This document shows, piece by piece, positions 1-9,855 of a stretch of DNA of 36,526 nucleotides. Numbering within the stretch: the stretch's first letter is position 1; every line of letters starts with the position of its first letter. Location: assembly GCA_027339965.1 (NCBI GenBank), contig DAHWNL010000062.1, positions 1-36,526 of the forward strand, in the 5' to 3' direction. The notes beneath the pieces are model-generated. The model was given only the letters and a program-made list of their open reading frames with translations. It was not told the DNA's origin and made no database searches. Both the position numbers and the translations under genes were made by a program. Source of the stretch: Granulicella sp. Its GTDB lineage: Bacteria; Acidobacteriota; Terriglobia; Terriglobales; Acidobacteriaceae.

Positions 1-165
1 GGTGGGCCCTGCCATGCTCCCGGTGCGCGTAGAAGCCGCCGAGACCTTTTTCGCCCACCCCAGACTGACGCGAAATTCCGCCGCCAATTCCTCCAGCGTG
101 CCGTATCCCTGCTCATAAGCTGAAAGAAAATTGCGGCGATATTCCCCCTCGTAGGCTTTAGCCAT
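1..165 (-). CDS. IS630-family transposase, N-terminal HTH (partial)
   Basis: Manual translation from ATG at 165: MAKAYEGEYRRNFLSAYEQGYGTLEELAAEFRVSLGWAKKVSAASTRTGSMAGPT, open to base 1. This matches the IS630 'MxxAYSxDLRxx...xxAxxFxVS' N-terminus. Not in the ORF track. Confidence 0.75.
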   Translation of the reverse strand, partial: MAKAYEGEYRRNFLSAYEQGYGTLEELAAEFRVSLGWAKKVSAASTRTGSMAGPT

Positions 166-225
166 ACGCTTTGCCTCGCGGAAGAGTCGCCATCTGTAGT
201 CTACAGCATTATGCAGGATGCTCTA
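1..225 (-). mobile_element. IS630-family insertion sequence, left end (truncated by window edge)
   Basis: Minus strand reads TAGAGCATCCTGCATAATG from the TA at 225-224. A TA target followed by GAGC is typical of IS630-type ends, and a transposase-like ORF starts 60 nt inside. Confidence 0.75.
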
Positions 226-227
226 AA

Positions 228-1473
228 TCATCTGATCCAATGGGTGCGAAGCTTCGCATAGATGATATGCCCGGCGGTCTCTGAAACCAGTCCAGAAGTC
301 TGTTGAACAGGCATATGGCAATCGATGCAGTTGTTTGCCGATGCCGGCGTTTTCCTCACGACCGCGCACTGCCGAGCCTGGTGGCAGCCGAGGCACTTTG
401 CAGAATAAAGGGCGACCGGCTGCTCCGGGGCGTGAACGTCGTGACAGGTGGAGCAGGTCATCTTCGGAGAAGACAGGTAACAGCGACTCATCTGCAAAAG
501 GGCCGACTTGGTCTCCGTGAACGTCAGGGACCGTGGTCACCTTGGAGTCGGACATCAGGTAGCGGTTGAGGTCGTCCCCCGGCTGATAGGTGAAGGCCGC
601 TCGAAGCTGCTCCTGGCGACTTCCGTTGTGGCACAGAGCGCACAGGTCGATCTGCCGTTCCCGGGAAAATTTGTTGGGGTTCAAGATATTTTCGGACGCG
701 TTCGCTTTCCCGCGCAAGTTGCCGAGGTGGAGGCGGACATGCGAGCCGCCGGGTCCATGGCAGGTCTCGCAGCCAATGCCCAGCACCAGCGTGCTCGGAA
801 CATAGCGGTTGGTGAGAAACTCGGGAGATAGGGGCTGGACATAGGTGGCGTGGCAATCCAGGCATCTCGGGATGGCCGGCCGGGAGAAGTTGGCGCTCCC
901 ATCCTCATAGCCCGGACTGTTGATCCACCTCCGTCCCTTGGTCCAGAAGCTTACAGGCAGTTCGAACAGACGGTCTGCCTTCCAGAACAGGTAGGTCTGG
1001 CCTCGACGCCCGCTCCCGATCACCACATCGATGCGTTCACTGAGCTTGGTGGAAGCGCCCGGCCAGCCAATAACCGCGGTCTCATAAAATCCGGAGCTGC
1101 TGCGGTCCATCCGGGATGAGAGTCCGGGTTTATCTTGAGAGGCTTGTTTGATCACGAGCAGGTTGGCTCCCGCGTCGAAATTGCCCAGAATCGAGTGGCT
1201 GCTCGGCCACTGGGAAGAGAGACGATGCCCCGTGCGGGCATAGGCTTCCGCTTCCCTTCTGTGGCATGTGGCACATGCCTTGTCGCCCACATAGCCCTGT
1301 CGCTCGAATCCGCCGTTCCGGCTGGAAGAAGCGAGGCCGGGCAGGACCGGCTCTTGCGAAGCGGATGCAGCGCCGTCCAACATGCCCCCTGCCACCGCGC
1401 CGGGCATCACGCAATTGCCGGCGAAAAACGACAAGGCCATGCAGAGGGGAAGCACGGTCCGGATGCCGATCAT
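228..1473 (-). pseudogene. Exported multiheme cytochrome c (c554/c552-like, 7 CxxCH), split by a +1 frameshift near 496-504
   Basis: Frame 1 has a signal-like N-terminus plus CATCH, CLDCH, CETCH and CALCH. Frame 228..497 has CSTCH, CLGCH and CIDCH. Removing one base from GGCCCTTTTG gives a continuous ...DVHGDQVGLLQMSRCYLSS... Could be an assembly error. Confidence 0.8.
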
Positions 1474-1899
1474 GAGCCGTCAGCCCTCTTCTGTCCACAG
1501 CGGCGCTTCGGGGCGTCGGCTGTTGACGGCACACACACCGCCGCCGTGACCGAATTCTACTCTATCGGGAGCATAGAGGTTGAGCCGCGCTTCGGATCTA
1601 GCCCCAGGATCGGCGAAGCCGTCAGCCTGAGAGCAGCCTCGCTCTGGCTCATCGCAACGAAGAGAAGAGCATCGGCGGACGCGCTCCGCCAAGGCAGGCC
1701 GGATCTCCGGCAAGGGACGCAAGTACGACCACTCCGCGAAGGGAGTCTTCTCCCGTAGGATGGCTCCTGCAAGACCACGCGCCGGCCCGGAATCAGCGCC
1801 TGGATCTTGCGCGGAAGCGGATCTTCCGCAGGCCTTCCTTCCAGCCTCTCGTCTTCTCATCTCTGGCTGGAAATCGCAATCAAGCTTTGGGCATCAGGA

Positions 1900-2502
1900 T
1901 CAGAAGTGGTTATGGATCACAACCTGCTGTGCAGGCAACTGCCCTGGCTTGGGCCATACATCTTTGGTCTTTTTGCCGATGGCCACCATGAAAGCAATGA
2001 CGTGGTCCGCAGGGAGATGAATCAATTTGGCGACCGCGTCGAAGTCAAAACCGTCCATGGGGCAACTGTCCAGGCCAAAGGCGCGAGCGGCCAGCATCAA
2101 CGTCTGCCCTGCAATGCCGCAGGAGCGCATAGCCTCATCGCGTTGAACCTGTGGCCGGTTGCGATAATACGCATCGATGCCCGACTTCATCCTCTCGCGG
2201 ACGGCCTGCGGCGCATCCTTCCAAACCTGCTCCGCATACTTCTCCCAACTGCTGAGATCTGCGCAGAGAATCACCAGCATCGAAGCGTCGGTGACCTGCG
2301 CTTGATCCCATGCCGCGGCACGGATTTGTCTGCGCAGCTCCGGATCATCCACGGTCAGGAAGCGCCAATGCTGAAGGTTGAACGCGGTTGGTGCTTGCAG
2401 GGCCAGATGGAGCAGCTCGTTCCGCTGCTCGCTGCTCAGGGAATATTCCGGGTCAAAATTCTTCACCGCGCGCCGGGTGCGAATTGCTTCATGTACGTGC
2501 AT
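1900..2502 (-). CDS. Nitroreductase family protein
   Basis: RRAVKNF, APTAFNLQHWRF, LMLAARAFGLDSCPMDGFD and IGK motifs; SD GGAGAG upstream of the ATG. Confidence 0.93.
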   Translation of the reverse strand: MHVHEAIRTRRAVKNFDPEYSLSSEQRNELLHLALQAPTAFNLQHWRFLTVDDPELRRQIRAAAWDQAQVTDASMLVILCADLSSWEKYAEQVWKDAPQAVRERMKSGIDAYYRNRPQVQRDEAMRSCGIAGQTLMLAARAFGLDSCPMDGFDFDAVAKLIHLPADHVIAFMVAIGKKTKDVWPKPGQLPAQQVVIHNHF

Positions 2503-3088
2503 ACTCTCTCCTGTGTCTCAGATCGGGCTAGAGCGGCCGCAGCTGCACAAAGGGGTCAATGCGGCCTTCGACATCGCTTTCCGTGTGGAGGGCTTCCCCA
2601 AAGGGGCTTGCTACGGCGTGTTCTTCCAAGAAGGCACCCCTCAAAGCCGCCGCCCGGCGCGGCTCCTGCAGAGAACACGCTCTATCAGGTGACCACCTGA
2701 ATCAGCCCTTGGCGATTGGATGCGCCGAGTTGCTCAAGGTTGCGCGTCGCCTCTGGCGGGCGAGATGGAGGGTTGCGCCAAACCGCGCGCACGCGACGCA
2801 ATTGTGCACAGCTTCCGAAATTGCCGGTCTGTTGCCTGGAACCATCACCCGCTCCCAGCATTGGTCCGGAGAGCGTGGCCGTCGGCCGGTGCTTACCCCC
2901 TGTGTCACTCCTTTTCGGCTCAGTGACTCAGACGGAGAACCGAATTGCCAGATGAGGGAGCCATTTCGCCTAATTCAGCCGCTACGCCGGCTCCCGGGAA
3001 ACGGCTAGCCAAGCAGGGATCCAAGCGAGGCCGCCATGATGCCATGAAGGTGAGGGGCTTCCAGAAGACAGTCGATCGCCTGGTCTGC

Positions 3089-4210
3089 TCAGACGCCCGT
3101 TATGGATCTTGCCTCGACCACTTTGTACTCCACGTAGTTGTACGGCGGCACGCTCTGCCCGCCCAGCATGGCCAGCCCGATATGAATCAGGCGTTGCCCA
3201 TACATGTGGGCCTCATGAGAGATGGAACCGATCAGCGGGCTGTTCTTGATAGCCATCTCCTCGAGAGCCTCATCGATGCAGTCCTGGCCGACGATGGCCA
3301 CATGCTGCTCGCGCCCAAGATCCCGGACGGCTCGCGTAGCGCCAAGGGCGCTGGTATCATTGGCCGCGGCAATCAGAATGTGCCGGTCCCGGGGGTGACG
3401 ATGCAGAAAATCATGCACGACGCGATAGCTCTTGTCGCGCATGCCGCGGGCGTCCATGCGGACAAAAGATTCGGCAGGGAGATTCTGCAGTATGGAGCGA
3501 ATTCCCTCAAAAGCCCCGGTGATGCGTGCCTGGACTAACGGGCCGGCATCTTCCAGATCCAGACCCAGCACCCACTTCGTTTTTGCGTCCCAATTCTTCT
3601 GCGCATGCCGCGCCAGCAGTTCCCCGGCGCTGAAACCCACCCGAAAATTGTCCACGCCGAAGTACACGGCATGCGGATGGGGAATGTCCACGGCAATCAG
3701 AGGGATGCCCGCCGCGGAGATCTTGTCCCCAATAATGGATGCTGCCTGCTGATCCACCTGAAACTCGATCACCAGGTCCACTCCCTGACGTACAAACTCC
3801 TCCGCATTGTTCACCGCGATCGCCGGATCGTAGTGGTTGTCCAGCACCAGCAGATCCACGCCGGTATCAGCAGCCGCGTCCTGCAGTCCCTTGGTGACGG
3901 CCTCAGAAAACGGCATCTCCGTGGATTGGCCGCCGAATCCAAAGCGCACCTTGCGGGGCCGGCTGACGGCGCGATAAAGTCCATCCTGTGTTTGCGCGAT
4001 ATACCCACGGTGTACCAGCGTCTTCAAGATCCTGTATACGGTGGTCTTGGAGATATGGGTACGTTGATAGAACGACTCCAGCGACATGGGCCGGTTTTCC
4101 CGCTGGGCCATTTCCAACACATCCAGCGCCTTGGAGAGGACGGGGACAAGATACAGACGTTTCGGGGATGCTTTAGGCAATCGACTCCCTCCAGAGATGC
4201 TCATCTCCAA
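3089..4210 (-). CDS. Transcriptional regulator: IclR-type HTH fused to periplasmic-binding-protein-like sugar-binding domain
   Basis: N-terminal VPVLSKALDVLE...ISKTTVYRILKTLVHRGYI (IclR HTH). C-terminal GIPLIAVD, GVDNFRVG, AANDTSALGA and IVGQD (RbsB/LacI-type fold). Start may be ATG 4204. Confidence 0.88.
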   Translation of the reverse strand: MEMSISGGSRLPKASPKRLYLVPVLSKALDVLEMAQRENRPMSLESFYQRTHISKTTVYRILKTLVHRGYIAQTQDGLYRAVSRPRKVRFGFGGQSTEMPFSEAVTKGLQDAAADTGVDLLVLDNHYDPAIAVNNAEEFVRQGVDLVIEFQVDQQAASIIGDKISAAGIPLIAVDIPHPHAVYFGVDNFRVGFSAGELLARHAQKNWDAKTKWVLGLDLEDAGPLVQARITGAFEGIRSILQNLPAESFVRMDARGMRDKSYRVVHDFLHRHPRDRHILIAAANDTSALGATRAVRDLGREQHVAIVGQDCIDEALEEMAIKNSPLIGSISHEAHMYGQRLIHIGLAMLGGQSVPPYNYVEYKVVEARSITGV

Positions 4211-4445
4211 AAAAATATACTGAAAATGATGCTATGGATTTTATCCCGTCCCCGCAAACCATGGATTTTGCCCTGGGCCATCCCTCTTTGCGCTGCGAGC
4301 CCTGCGGCAGCCGGACAGGCGAGAAGATGGAGCGCGGCTCTTCCGGGTTTTGGATGCGGCCGCGTCTGCAAAACAGGCGGCTCGGTTCCGCTCTGGTTCA
4401 GCGCGTGTCCTCGCTTGAGTCCGGTGCTGTAATATTTCAGTGTCA

Positions 4446-4469
4446 TTTGAAACAGTTTCGATTTTCAAA
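4446..4469. promoter_or_regulatory. Candidate operator upstream of rhaT
   Basis: Inverted repeat TTTGAAA-N10-TTTCAAA with a nested GAAAC-A-GTTTC, in an AT-rich patch 24 bp before the rhaT start. Confidence 0.45.
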
Positions 4470-4492
4470 AACCAACTTCACTGAGGTGTTCT

Positions 4493-5611
4493 TTGCCCCA
4501 CGGTCCGTTGCTTGGCGTCCTGACCTTATGGATGGGAGGGCTGGCGTCCGCCAGTTGCTACCTGCCCTTTCGCTTTCTTCGCCGGTGGTCCTGGGAGGTC
4601 TACTGGCTGGTGCAGGGCATCTTCTCCTATTTGCTGGCGCCGGTTCTGGTGGCATTTCTTTTGCTTCCAGGCACCGGGGCCGTCTTGCGCCAAACGCCGT
4701 TGCATACCCTGCTGTTAACCTACATCTGGGGACTGTTGTGGGGGGTGGGTGCGCTCACCTTTGGCCTGAGCATCCGCTATCTGGGCATTGCCCTGGGATA
4801 CACCGTGGTGATTGGTTTCACCACCATCTTCGGCACTCTGGCGCCGCCTCTGTTCAGCGGCGAGATGCCGGCGCTCCTGCACCACACGCCCGGACAGGTT
4901 GTTTTGCTGGGTCTGGGAGCCTGCACGATCGGCATTCTGCTCAGCGGCATGGCTGGGCACTTCAAGGAGCAGGAGCTGGGCGCGGCTCTGAAGCAAAAGA
5001 CCACAGGCGAGTTTCATTTCGCCCGGGGAGTCCTGGTGGCCATCTTCTCCGGGGTCATGAGCGCCTGCTTCGCCTATGGACTGGCGTCGGGCAGACCCAT
5101 CGCGGAGCTGGCCAGGCACATGTTGCGGTCCCAGGGCCGAGCCGGCGAGTGGCAGGATCTGCCGGTGCTGGTGGTGGTGCTGCTGGGTGGACTCACCTCC
5201 AACCTGGTTTGGTGCGCTGTGTTGCTGATCCGAAACGGCACGGCGCGGCAGTTGCTGCGTGCGGATGCGGAGCCGACGGCCGCAGCAGGCTCTTCCTCCG
5301 GGCAGGCTCCGGTGCAGGCCCTGAATTATCTGCTCTGTACCGGAGTCGGCATCCTCTGGTATCTCCAGTTCTTTTTCTACGGCATCGGCCAAACGGAGAT
5401 GGGCAAATATGATTTTTCCAGTTGGACCATCCTGATGGCCTGCACCCTGATCTTCTCCACGGTTTGGGGCATTCTGCTCAAGGAATGGAAGGGAACCAGC
5501 CGCAGGACGCTTCGGTTTGTGGGCTTTGGTCTTGCCGTTCTGGTCCTTTCCACGGTTCTCGTGGGCCTGGGCAACTACCTTGCAGTATCGGTGGCCGGCG
5601 CCGCCCGCTAA
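4493..5611 (+). CDS. rhaT: L-rhamnose/H+ symporter family protein
   Basis: About 10 TM segments; WSWEVYW, LTFGLSIRYLG, FSGVMSACF, LWYLQFFFYG, SSWTILM and LKEWKG motifs; TTG start with GAGGTG SD. Confidence 0.9.
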   Translation: MPHGPLLGVLTLWMGGLASASCYLPFRFLRRWSWEVYWLVQGIFSYLLAPVLVAFLLLPGTGAVLRQTPLHTLLLTYIWGLLWGVGALTFGLSIRYLGIALGYTVVIGFTTIFGTLAPPLFSGEMPALLHHTPGQVVLLGLGACTIGILLSGMAGHFKEQELGAALKQKTTGEFHFARGVLVAIFSGVMSACFAYGLASGRPIAELARHMLRSQGRAGEWQDLPVLVVVLLGGLTSNLVWCAVLLIRNGTARQLLRADAEPTAAAGSSSGQAPVQALNYLLCTGVGILWYLQFFFYGIGQTEMGKYDFSSWTILMACTLIFSTVWGILLKEWKGTSRRTLRFVGFGLAVLVLSTVLVGLGNYLAVSVAGAAR

Positions 5612-5897
5612 ACCCAGGCATCTGGCGCCCCCCTTCGCTTGAAACCCCAGCCGAGCCCGGTCTCTTATCTGGCTCAGGACGGCACCGGCGGGGCCAAGGG
5701 GTCGACTTGCGCTTGGGTCTCCGGGCCGGGATCTTTGGGAAGATCATTACCAAGCCCCGCAGCAGACGCATGTGCGGCGGAATGGCGGGCCGGTTCGCCG
5801 CCAAGGGACCTCCGCGGCCGATGAATCGGCGCCGGCGGAGAAAGCCCTGGTCGGACGCCTTGACTGGACCCGCCCGGGGGGCGGTTGGAGGAGCGGG

Positions 5898-7559
5898 TTA
5901 TAGTTCCAGAATGATGGGCATGATCAGCGGACGGCGGTTGGCGTTCTTTTGCAGAAAGCGCTTGAGGTCTCCGCGGATCTTGTCCTTCATGACGCCATAG
6001 TCGCGGCGCTCCTCTTCGCTGGACAGCTCCAGGGTGCGGGCGACAACGTCGCGGGCGTTCCTCAGCAGTTCGGGATCGTCGGCGGCGAAGCCGCGGGTGG
6101 TGATCTCCGGTGAGCCCTCGACCTGGCCGGAGCGCTTGTTGATGGCGATGATGGGCAAAAACACGCCATCTTCTCCCAGATGCTTGCGGTCGCGGATGAC
6201 GGTGTCCTCCACCACGTCCGCCGTCGAGTTGTTGTCGATGCAAATGCGCCCGGCGGTGACCTTGCCGGTCTTCTCCGCATGCTCGCCATCCAGGCTCAGC
6301 ACTTCGCCATCCTCCAGCAGAATTACCCGTTTTGGAATGCCGGTCTGGGCGGCCAGTTCGGCATGGCGCTTGAGGTGCCGATAGTCGCCGTGAATGGGGA
6401 CGAAGAAGCGGGGCCGGACCAGATTGATCATCAGCCGGAGTTCTTCCTGGGAGCCGTGGCCGGAGACGTGGATGAGGCCATTGGAGCCGTCGTCGTAGAT
6501 CACGCGGGCATCCCGGCGCTCCAGATGGTCGATCACTCGGTAGATGCCCTTCTCGTTGCCGGGGATGATGCGGGAGCTGAGCAGAACCGTGTCGCCTGGC
6601 TCGATCTTGGCAAAGCGGTGGTTGTCCACCGCGGCCCGGGAGAGGGCGCTCATGGGTTCACCCTGCGTGCCGGAGATCAGAACACAGATCTTGTCGGCAG
6701 CCGTATCCTTGATCTGGTTGGGATGGATCACGAGCCCGGGGGGCGGGCTGATGTAGCCGAGGTCCTGCGCGATCTCAGTTGAGTTGTCGATGGAGCGGCC
6801 CACCAGCGCGATCTTGCGCCCGTGCTTGTGCGCCAAGTCCATGGCGATGCGGATGCGATGGATCGACGAAGAGAAGCAGGAGAAGAAGAGCCGCTTCTTG
6901 GTTGCGCCGAAGATGTCGTCCAGCGGCGAGATCACGGCCTTTTCACCGGGCGTGAAGCCGCTGCGATCCACATTGGTGGAGTCTTGCAGCAGGCACAGCA
7001 CATTCTGCTTGCCCAAGTCCGCGAAGGCCTGCAGATCGAAGGGATGGCCATCCGGGGAGGAGAGGTCGATCTTGAAGTCGCCGGTGTGCAGAACGATGCC
7101 CACCGGGGTATGGACCGCCAGGGAGACGCAATCCACCAGGGAGTGGGTGACGCGTATGGGCAGGATGGTGAAGGCGCCGAGATGGAAGCGCCGGCCGGGA
7201 AGAATCTCGATGAGCTCGGCGTCGTCCAGCAGGCGATGCTCTTCCAGCTTGTCTTCCACGTAGGCCAGGGTGAACTCTGTGCCGTAGACGGGAACGTTCA
7301 GCTCGGAGAGGATCCAGGGAAGGCCGCCGATGTGGTCTTCATGGCCGTGGGTGAGAACGATGCCCCGAACTTTGCTGCGGTTTTCGATGAGGTAGCTGAT
7401 ATCCGGGACGACGATATCGACCCCGAGCAACTCCTCTTCCGGGAACATCAGGCCGGCATCGATGACCAGAATGTCGTCACCAAAGTGCAGAGCAAGGCAG
7501 TTCATGCCGAACTCGCCCAGGCCGCCGAGCGGGACTACTTGCAGTTTTTCATTCACCAT
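5898..7559 (-). CDS. rnj: Ribonuclease J
   Basis: PLGGLGEFGMN, THGHEDHIG, HTGDFK, GTQGEPMSAL, HVSGHGS, PIHGDYRH and RRPLIMPII motifs. Confidence 0.97.
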   Translation of the reverse strand: MVNEKLQVVPLGGLGEFGMNCLALHFGDDILVIDAGLMFPEEELLGVDIVVPDISYLIENRSKVRGIVLTHGHEDHIGGLPWILSELNVPVYGTEFTLAYVEDKLEEHRLLDDAELIEILPGRRFHLGAFTILPIRVTHSLVDCVSLAVHTPVGIVLHTGDFKIDLSSPDGHPFDLQAFADLGKQNVLCLLQDSTNVDRSGFTPGEKAVISPLDDIFGATKKRLFFSCFSSSIHRIRIAMDLAHKHGRKIALVGRSIDNSTEIAQDLGYISPPPGLVIHPNQIKDTAADKICVLISGTQGEPMSALSRAAVDNHRFAKIEPGDTVLLSSRIIPGNEKGIYRVIDHLERRDARVIYDDGSNGLIHVSGHGSQEELRLMINLVRPRFFVPIHGDYRHLKRHAELAAQTGIPKRVILLEDGEVLSLDGEHAEKTGKVTAGRICIDNNSTADVVEDTVIRDRKHLGEDGVFLPIIAINKRSGQVEGSPEITTRGFAADDPELLRNARDVVARTLELSSEEERRDYGVMKDKIRGDLKRFLQKNANRRPLIMPIILEL

Positions 7560-7715
7560 GGACCTTCAGTTTATCGCACGGAGCCGCAAGAAGATGAACC
7601 GGCTTCAAGCCCTGGGCTCAACAGGCGATCTGCGATTCGGCGTGGATCGCCCGTGACGTGGCCGGCAGCGTCGTCCGTTGCCGGGAGGGCTGCGGGAGTT
7701 GCGCCTCAGCTTCCT

Positions 7716-7904
7716 CTACAGGGCCCGCAAGGCGCGCGCTGGAAGGGAGAAGAGAGCGGCGATCAACTCGAAGATGCCGCCCACGACCACGCCGACCAGC
7801 CGGAAGGGCAGCAGCAGAAGCCACACCAACGGGTAGAGGAGCACGGCCAGCAACGCCGCCGGCCAGCAGAGGACGACCAGGAGGAGAATGAGGAAGAGCT
7901 TCAT
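7716..7904 (-). CDS. Small hydrophobic membrane protein (62 aa)
   Basis: Very hydrophobic ORF (CWPAALLAVLLYPLVWLLLLPFRLVG) with an AAAGG SD and an ECF-like promoter upstream. Confidence 0.8.
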   Translation of the reverse strand: MKLFLILLLVVLCWPAALLAVLLYPLVWLLLLPFRLVGVVVGGIFELIAALFSLPARALRAL

Positions 7905-7932
7905 GAACTTGGTGGCCTTTCTATCTGAGACG

Positions 7933-7958
7933 TACGCGGGAAGCAGAGAGATTGTTCC
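7933..7958 (-). promoter_or_regulatory. Putative ECF sigma factor promoter
   Basis: Minus strand GGAAC-N17-CGTA, about 30 nt upstream of the 62-aa gene start. AAC/CGT is the canonical ECF -35/-10 core. Confidence 0.55.
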
Positions 7959-8176
7959 TCAGTTTGGGCGCGGGGAGCCAGGACCCTCACGGCACTCTCT
8001 TCTTCTGGCGAATGCGAGATTCCGGGCAAGGCGGGATCCTGGGCATGGAAGGTAGTCCTTCCCGGGCGTAGCGCAAGTGCAGATTGCTCTCAACGAGCCG
8101 TGGGCTGCGGCGCTGCTCTAAGATCGTCGTGTGGGATCAGCCTGTGGCAGGCAATCCGGGAGGGCAACGGGCAGGC

Positions 8177-8737
8177 ATGAGCATGGCGGGACGGAGCGGG
8201 AGGGCGCGGGCCCCACTGGATGAGTCTGGATTGCTGGAGTATGCGGTGCGGTCGCTCAGCTCGAAGATGAAGAGCGAGCGGGATCTGCGGCGCAAGATGA
8301 CGGAGCGCGCTCAACCCGGTGAGAGGGGTGTAGCTGCTGTGGAGGCTGTTCTGCTAAGGCTGAAGGATCTGGGCTATCTGAGCGATGAGCGGTTTGCAGC
8401 CGATTACGTGCGGCTGCGCAAGGAAAATGAGAGATATGGGCGAAGGAGGGTGGCGCAGGGATTGATGCAGCAGGGGATTCCGCAGGAGTTGGCCAGCGCG
8501 TCGCTGGAGACGGCCTATGGCGAAGTGGATGAGGCGTCGCTGGCCAAAGAGTACGTTGCGCGGAAGAGGATGAAGAGGCCAGAAGGCGACAAGGAGACCT
8601 CGCGCGCTGTCCGGCGGCTTCTGGGAGCAGGGTTCTCCTCGCAAACCGTGTGGAAGGTGCTGCGGGAGTGGGGAGCCGAAGTGGAGGAAGTGGATGTGGA
8701 TGAGATCGAAGGCAGAGAGGGAGGCGGCGAAGCGTAG
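8177..8737 (+). CDS. recX: Regulatory protein RecX
   Basis: YAVRSLS..KSERDLRRKM, LKDLGYLSDERFAADYV, YGRRRVAQGLMQQGI and RRLLGAGFS motifs; start at ATG 8177 or 8183. Confidence 0.92.
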   Translation: MSMAGRSGRARAPLDESGLLEYAVRSLSSKMKSERDLRRKMTERAQPGERGVAAVEAVLLRLKDLGYLSDERFAADYVRLRKENERYGRRRVAQGLMQQGIPQELASASLETAYGEVDEASLAKEYVARKRMKRPEGDKETSRAVRRLLGAGFSSQTVWKVLREWGAEVEEVDVDEIEGREGGGEA

Positions 8738-8843
8738 AGGATCGCGGTGATGCGGTGGTATCCGGCGAGGCTTCTGGCCTTTGGTTGTCGGGGATCTACT
8801 GGGCCTCTGGGCTGTTGGGTTTGGGCTCTTCCGGTGCAAGGGT

Positions 8844-9791
8844 CTAAGGCGCCCAGGTCCAGCCTTCGATCTTGTGCATCGGATCCCGGGGCTGGGGCAG
8901 GTGGGGAAACTCGCTCCGCCGTTCGGCCATCACCATGGTGGTCACCAGGGCGTCGAAGGCATCTTCGCCAGCCAGCGCTGCTTGAAGGACCGCCGGGGAC
9001 AGGCGGGCATAGCCAGCGCTGGTCTTGCGCAAGGCTTGCAGATAAGATCTCCGCGCCAGGGAGTTTGATTTGCGCACCGCGCCGGTGTTCAGACGGCTGT
9101 AGATCTCCACCACCAGGGGACAAGGCTCCCGCGCTGACAGCGCCGGAAGATCGAAGGGCCAGATCCGGAAGCCGGCCTTGCGCAGATGGAGCAGCACTTC
9201 AAAGCCGCGCAGAGAAGCTGTCCCCACACTTCCGGCACCCCCTACCTGAAAGACGCTCTTGGGCGCGATTCCCCGCACCCTGGCCTGCCGCTTCTCCTCG
9301 GGAATCCTGGCGGCGAGTTTGCAGTCGATATCCGTGGCCCGCAGCATGCGATGCAGATTCTCCCCGGAGAACTCCGCCGGACGCTTGCCGCTGCCCCCAG
9401 CGCGCGCTCTTCCCCAGAAGCGGGAATCGGGGCAATCGCGAGCTAGCCAGCGTTCCACCCACCCCTGATGGACGGCGTGTCTCCAGAACTCGGGAGCGCT
9501 TGCGGCTCCATGCTCGTCGCGCACGAACCAGGCGGGAAAGCTAAAGCAGAAGTCGAATCCCACCACCATCCTCGGGGTCTCCTGCGCCAGCTCGATCAGC
9601 CAGTCTGCGACCTCGGTTCGCGTTCTTCCGGCTTGCATCTTAACCGTTGGCCCTTTGCTGGCGTCTGTGGTCCAAACCCCTGCCCAGATGTGCCGTCGCT
9701 GCCCGGCGGCGTCCACTCTCCCGGACCAGTCGACTCCGACCACGCGCTGGACGGGATGGCTCTGCGGGTTGAACTGATTATTCCTGGTCAA
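8844..9791 (-). CDS. DUF429-like predicted RNase H-fold nuclease
   Basis: Acidic motif series VGVDWSG, VGFDFCFSFP, VVEIYSR and DAFDALV, typical of DUF429-type proteins. Confidence 0.65.
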   Translation of the reverse strand: MTRNNQFNPQSHPVQRVVGVDWSGRVDAAGQRRHIWAGVWTTDASKGPTVKMQAGRTRTEVADWLIELAQETPRMVVGFDFCFSFPAWFVRDEHGAASAPEFWRHAVHQGWVERWLARDCPDSRFWGRARAGGSGKRPAEFSGENLHRMLRATDIDCKLAARIPEEKRQARVRGIAPKSVFQVGGAGSVGTASLRGFEVLLHLRKAGFRIWPFDLPALSAREPCPLVVEIYSRLNTGAVRKSNSLARRSYLQALRKTSAGYARLSPAVLQAALAGEDAFDALVTTMVMAERRSEFPHLPQPRDPMHKIEGWTWAP

Positions 9792-9855
9792 GTCAGGCTC
9801 CCGGAGATCGCGCAGTCTGAGCTCGTTCGGCCAGTATAGCCAACGGGAAGGAGTC

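Noticed and set aside
1474..1899. ORF 1480..1860 and several short hairpins
   Set aside because: No recognisable protein or RNA family; short stems are expected at this GC content.
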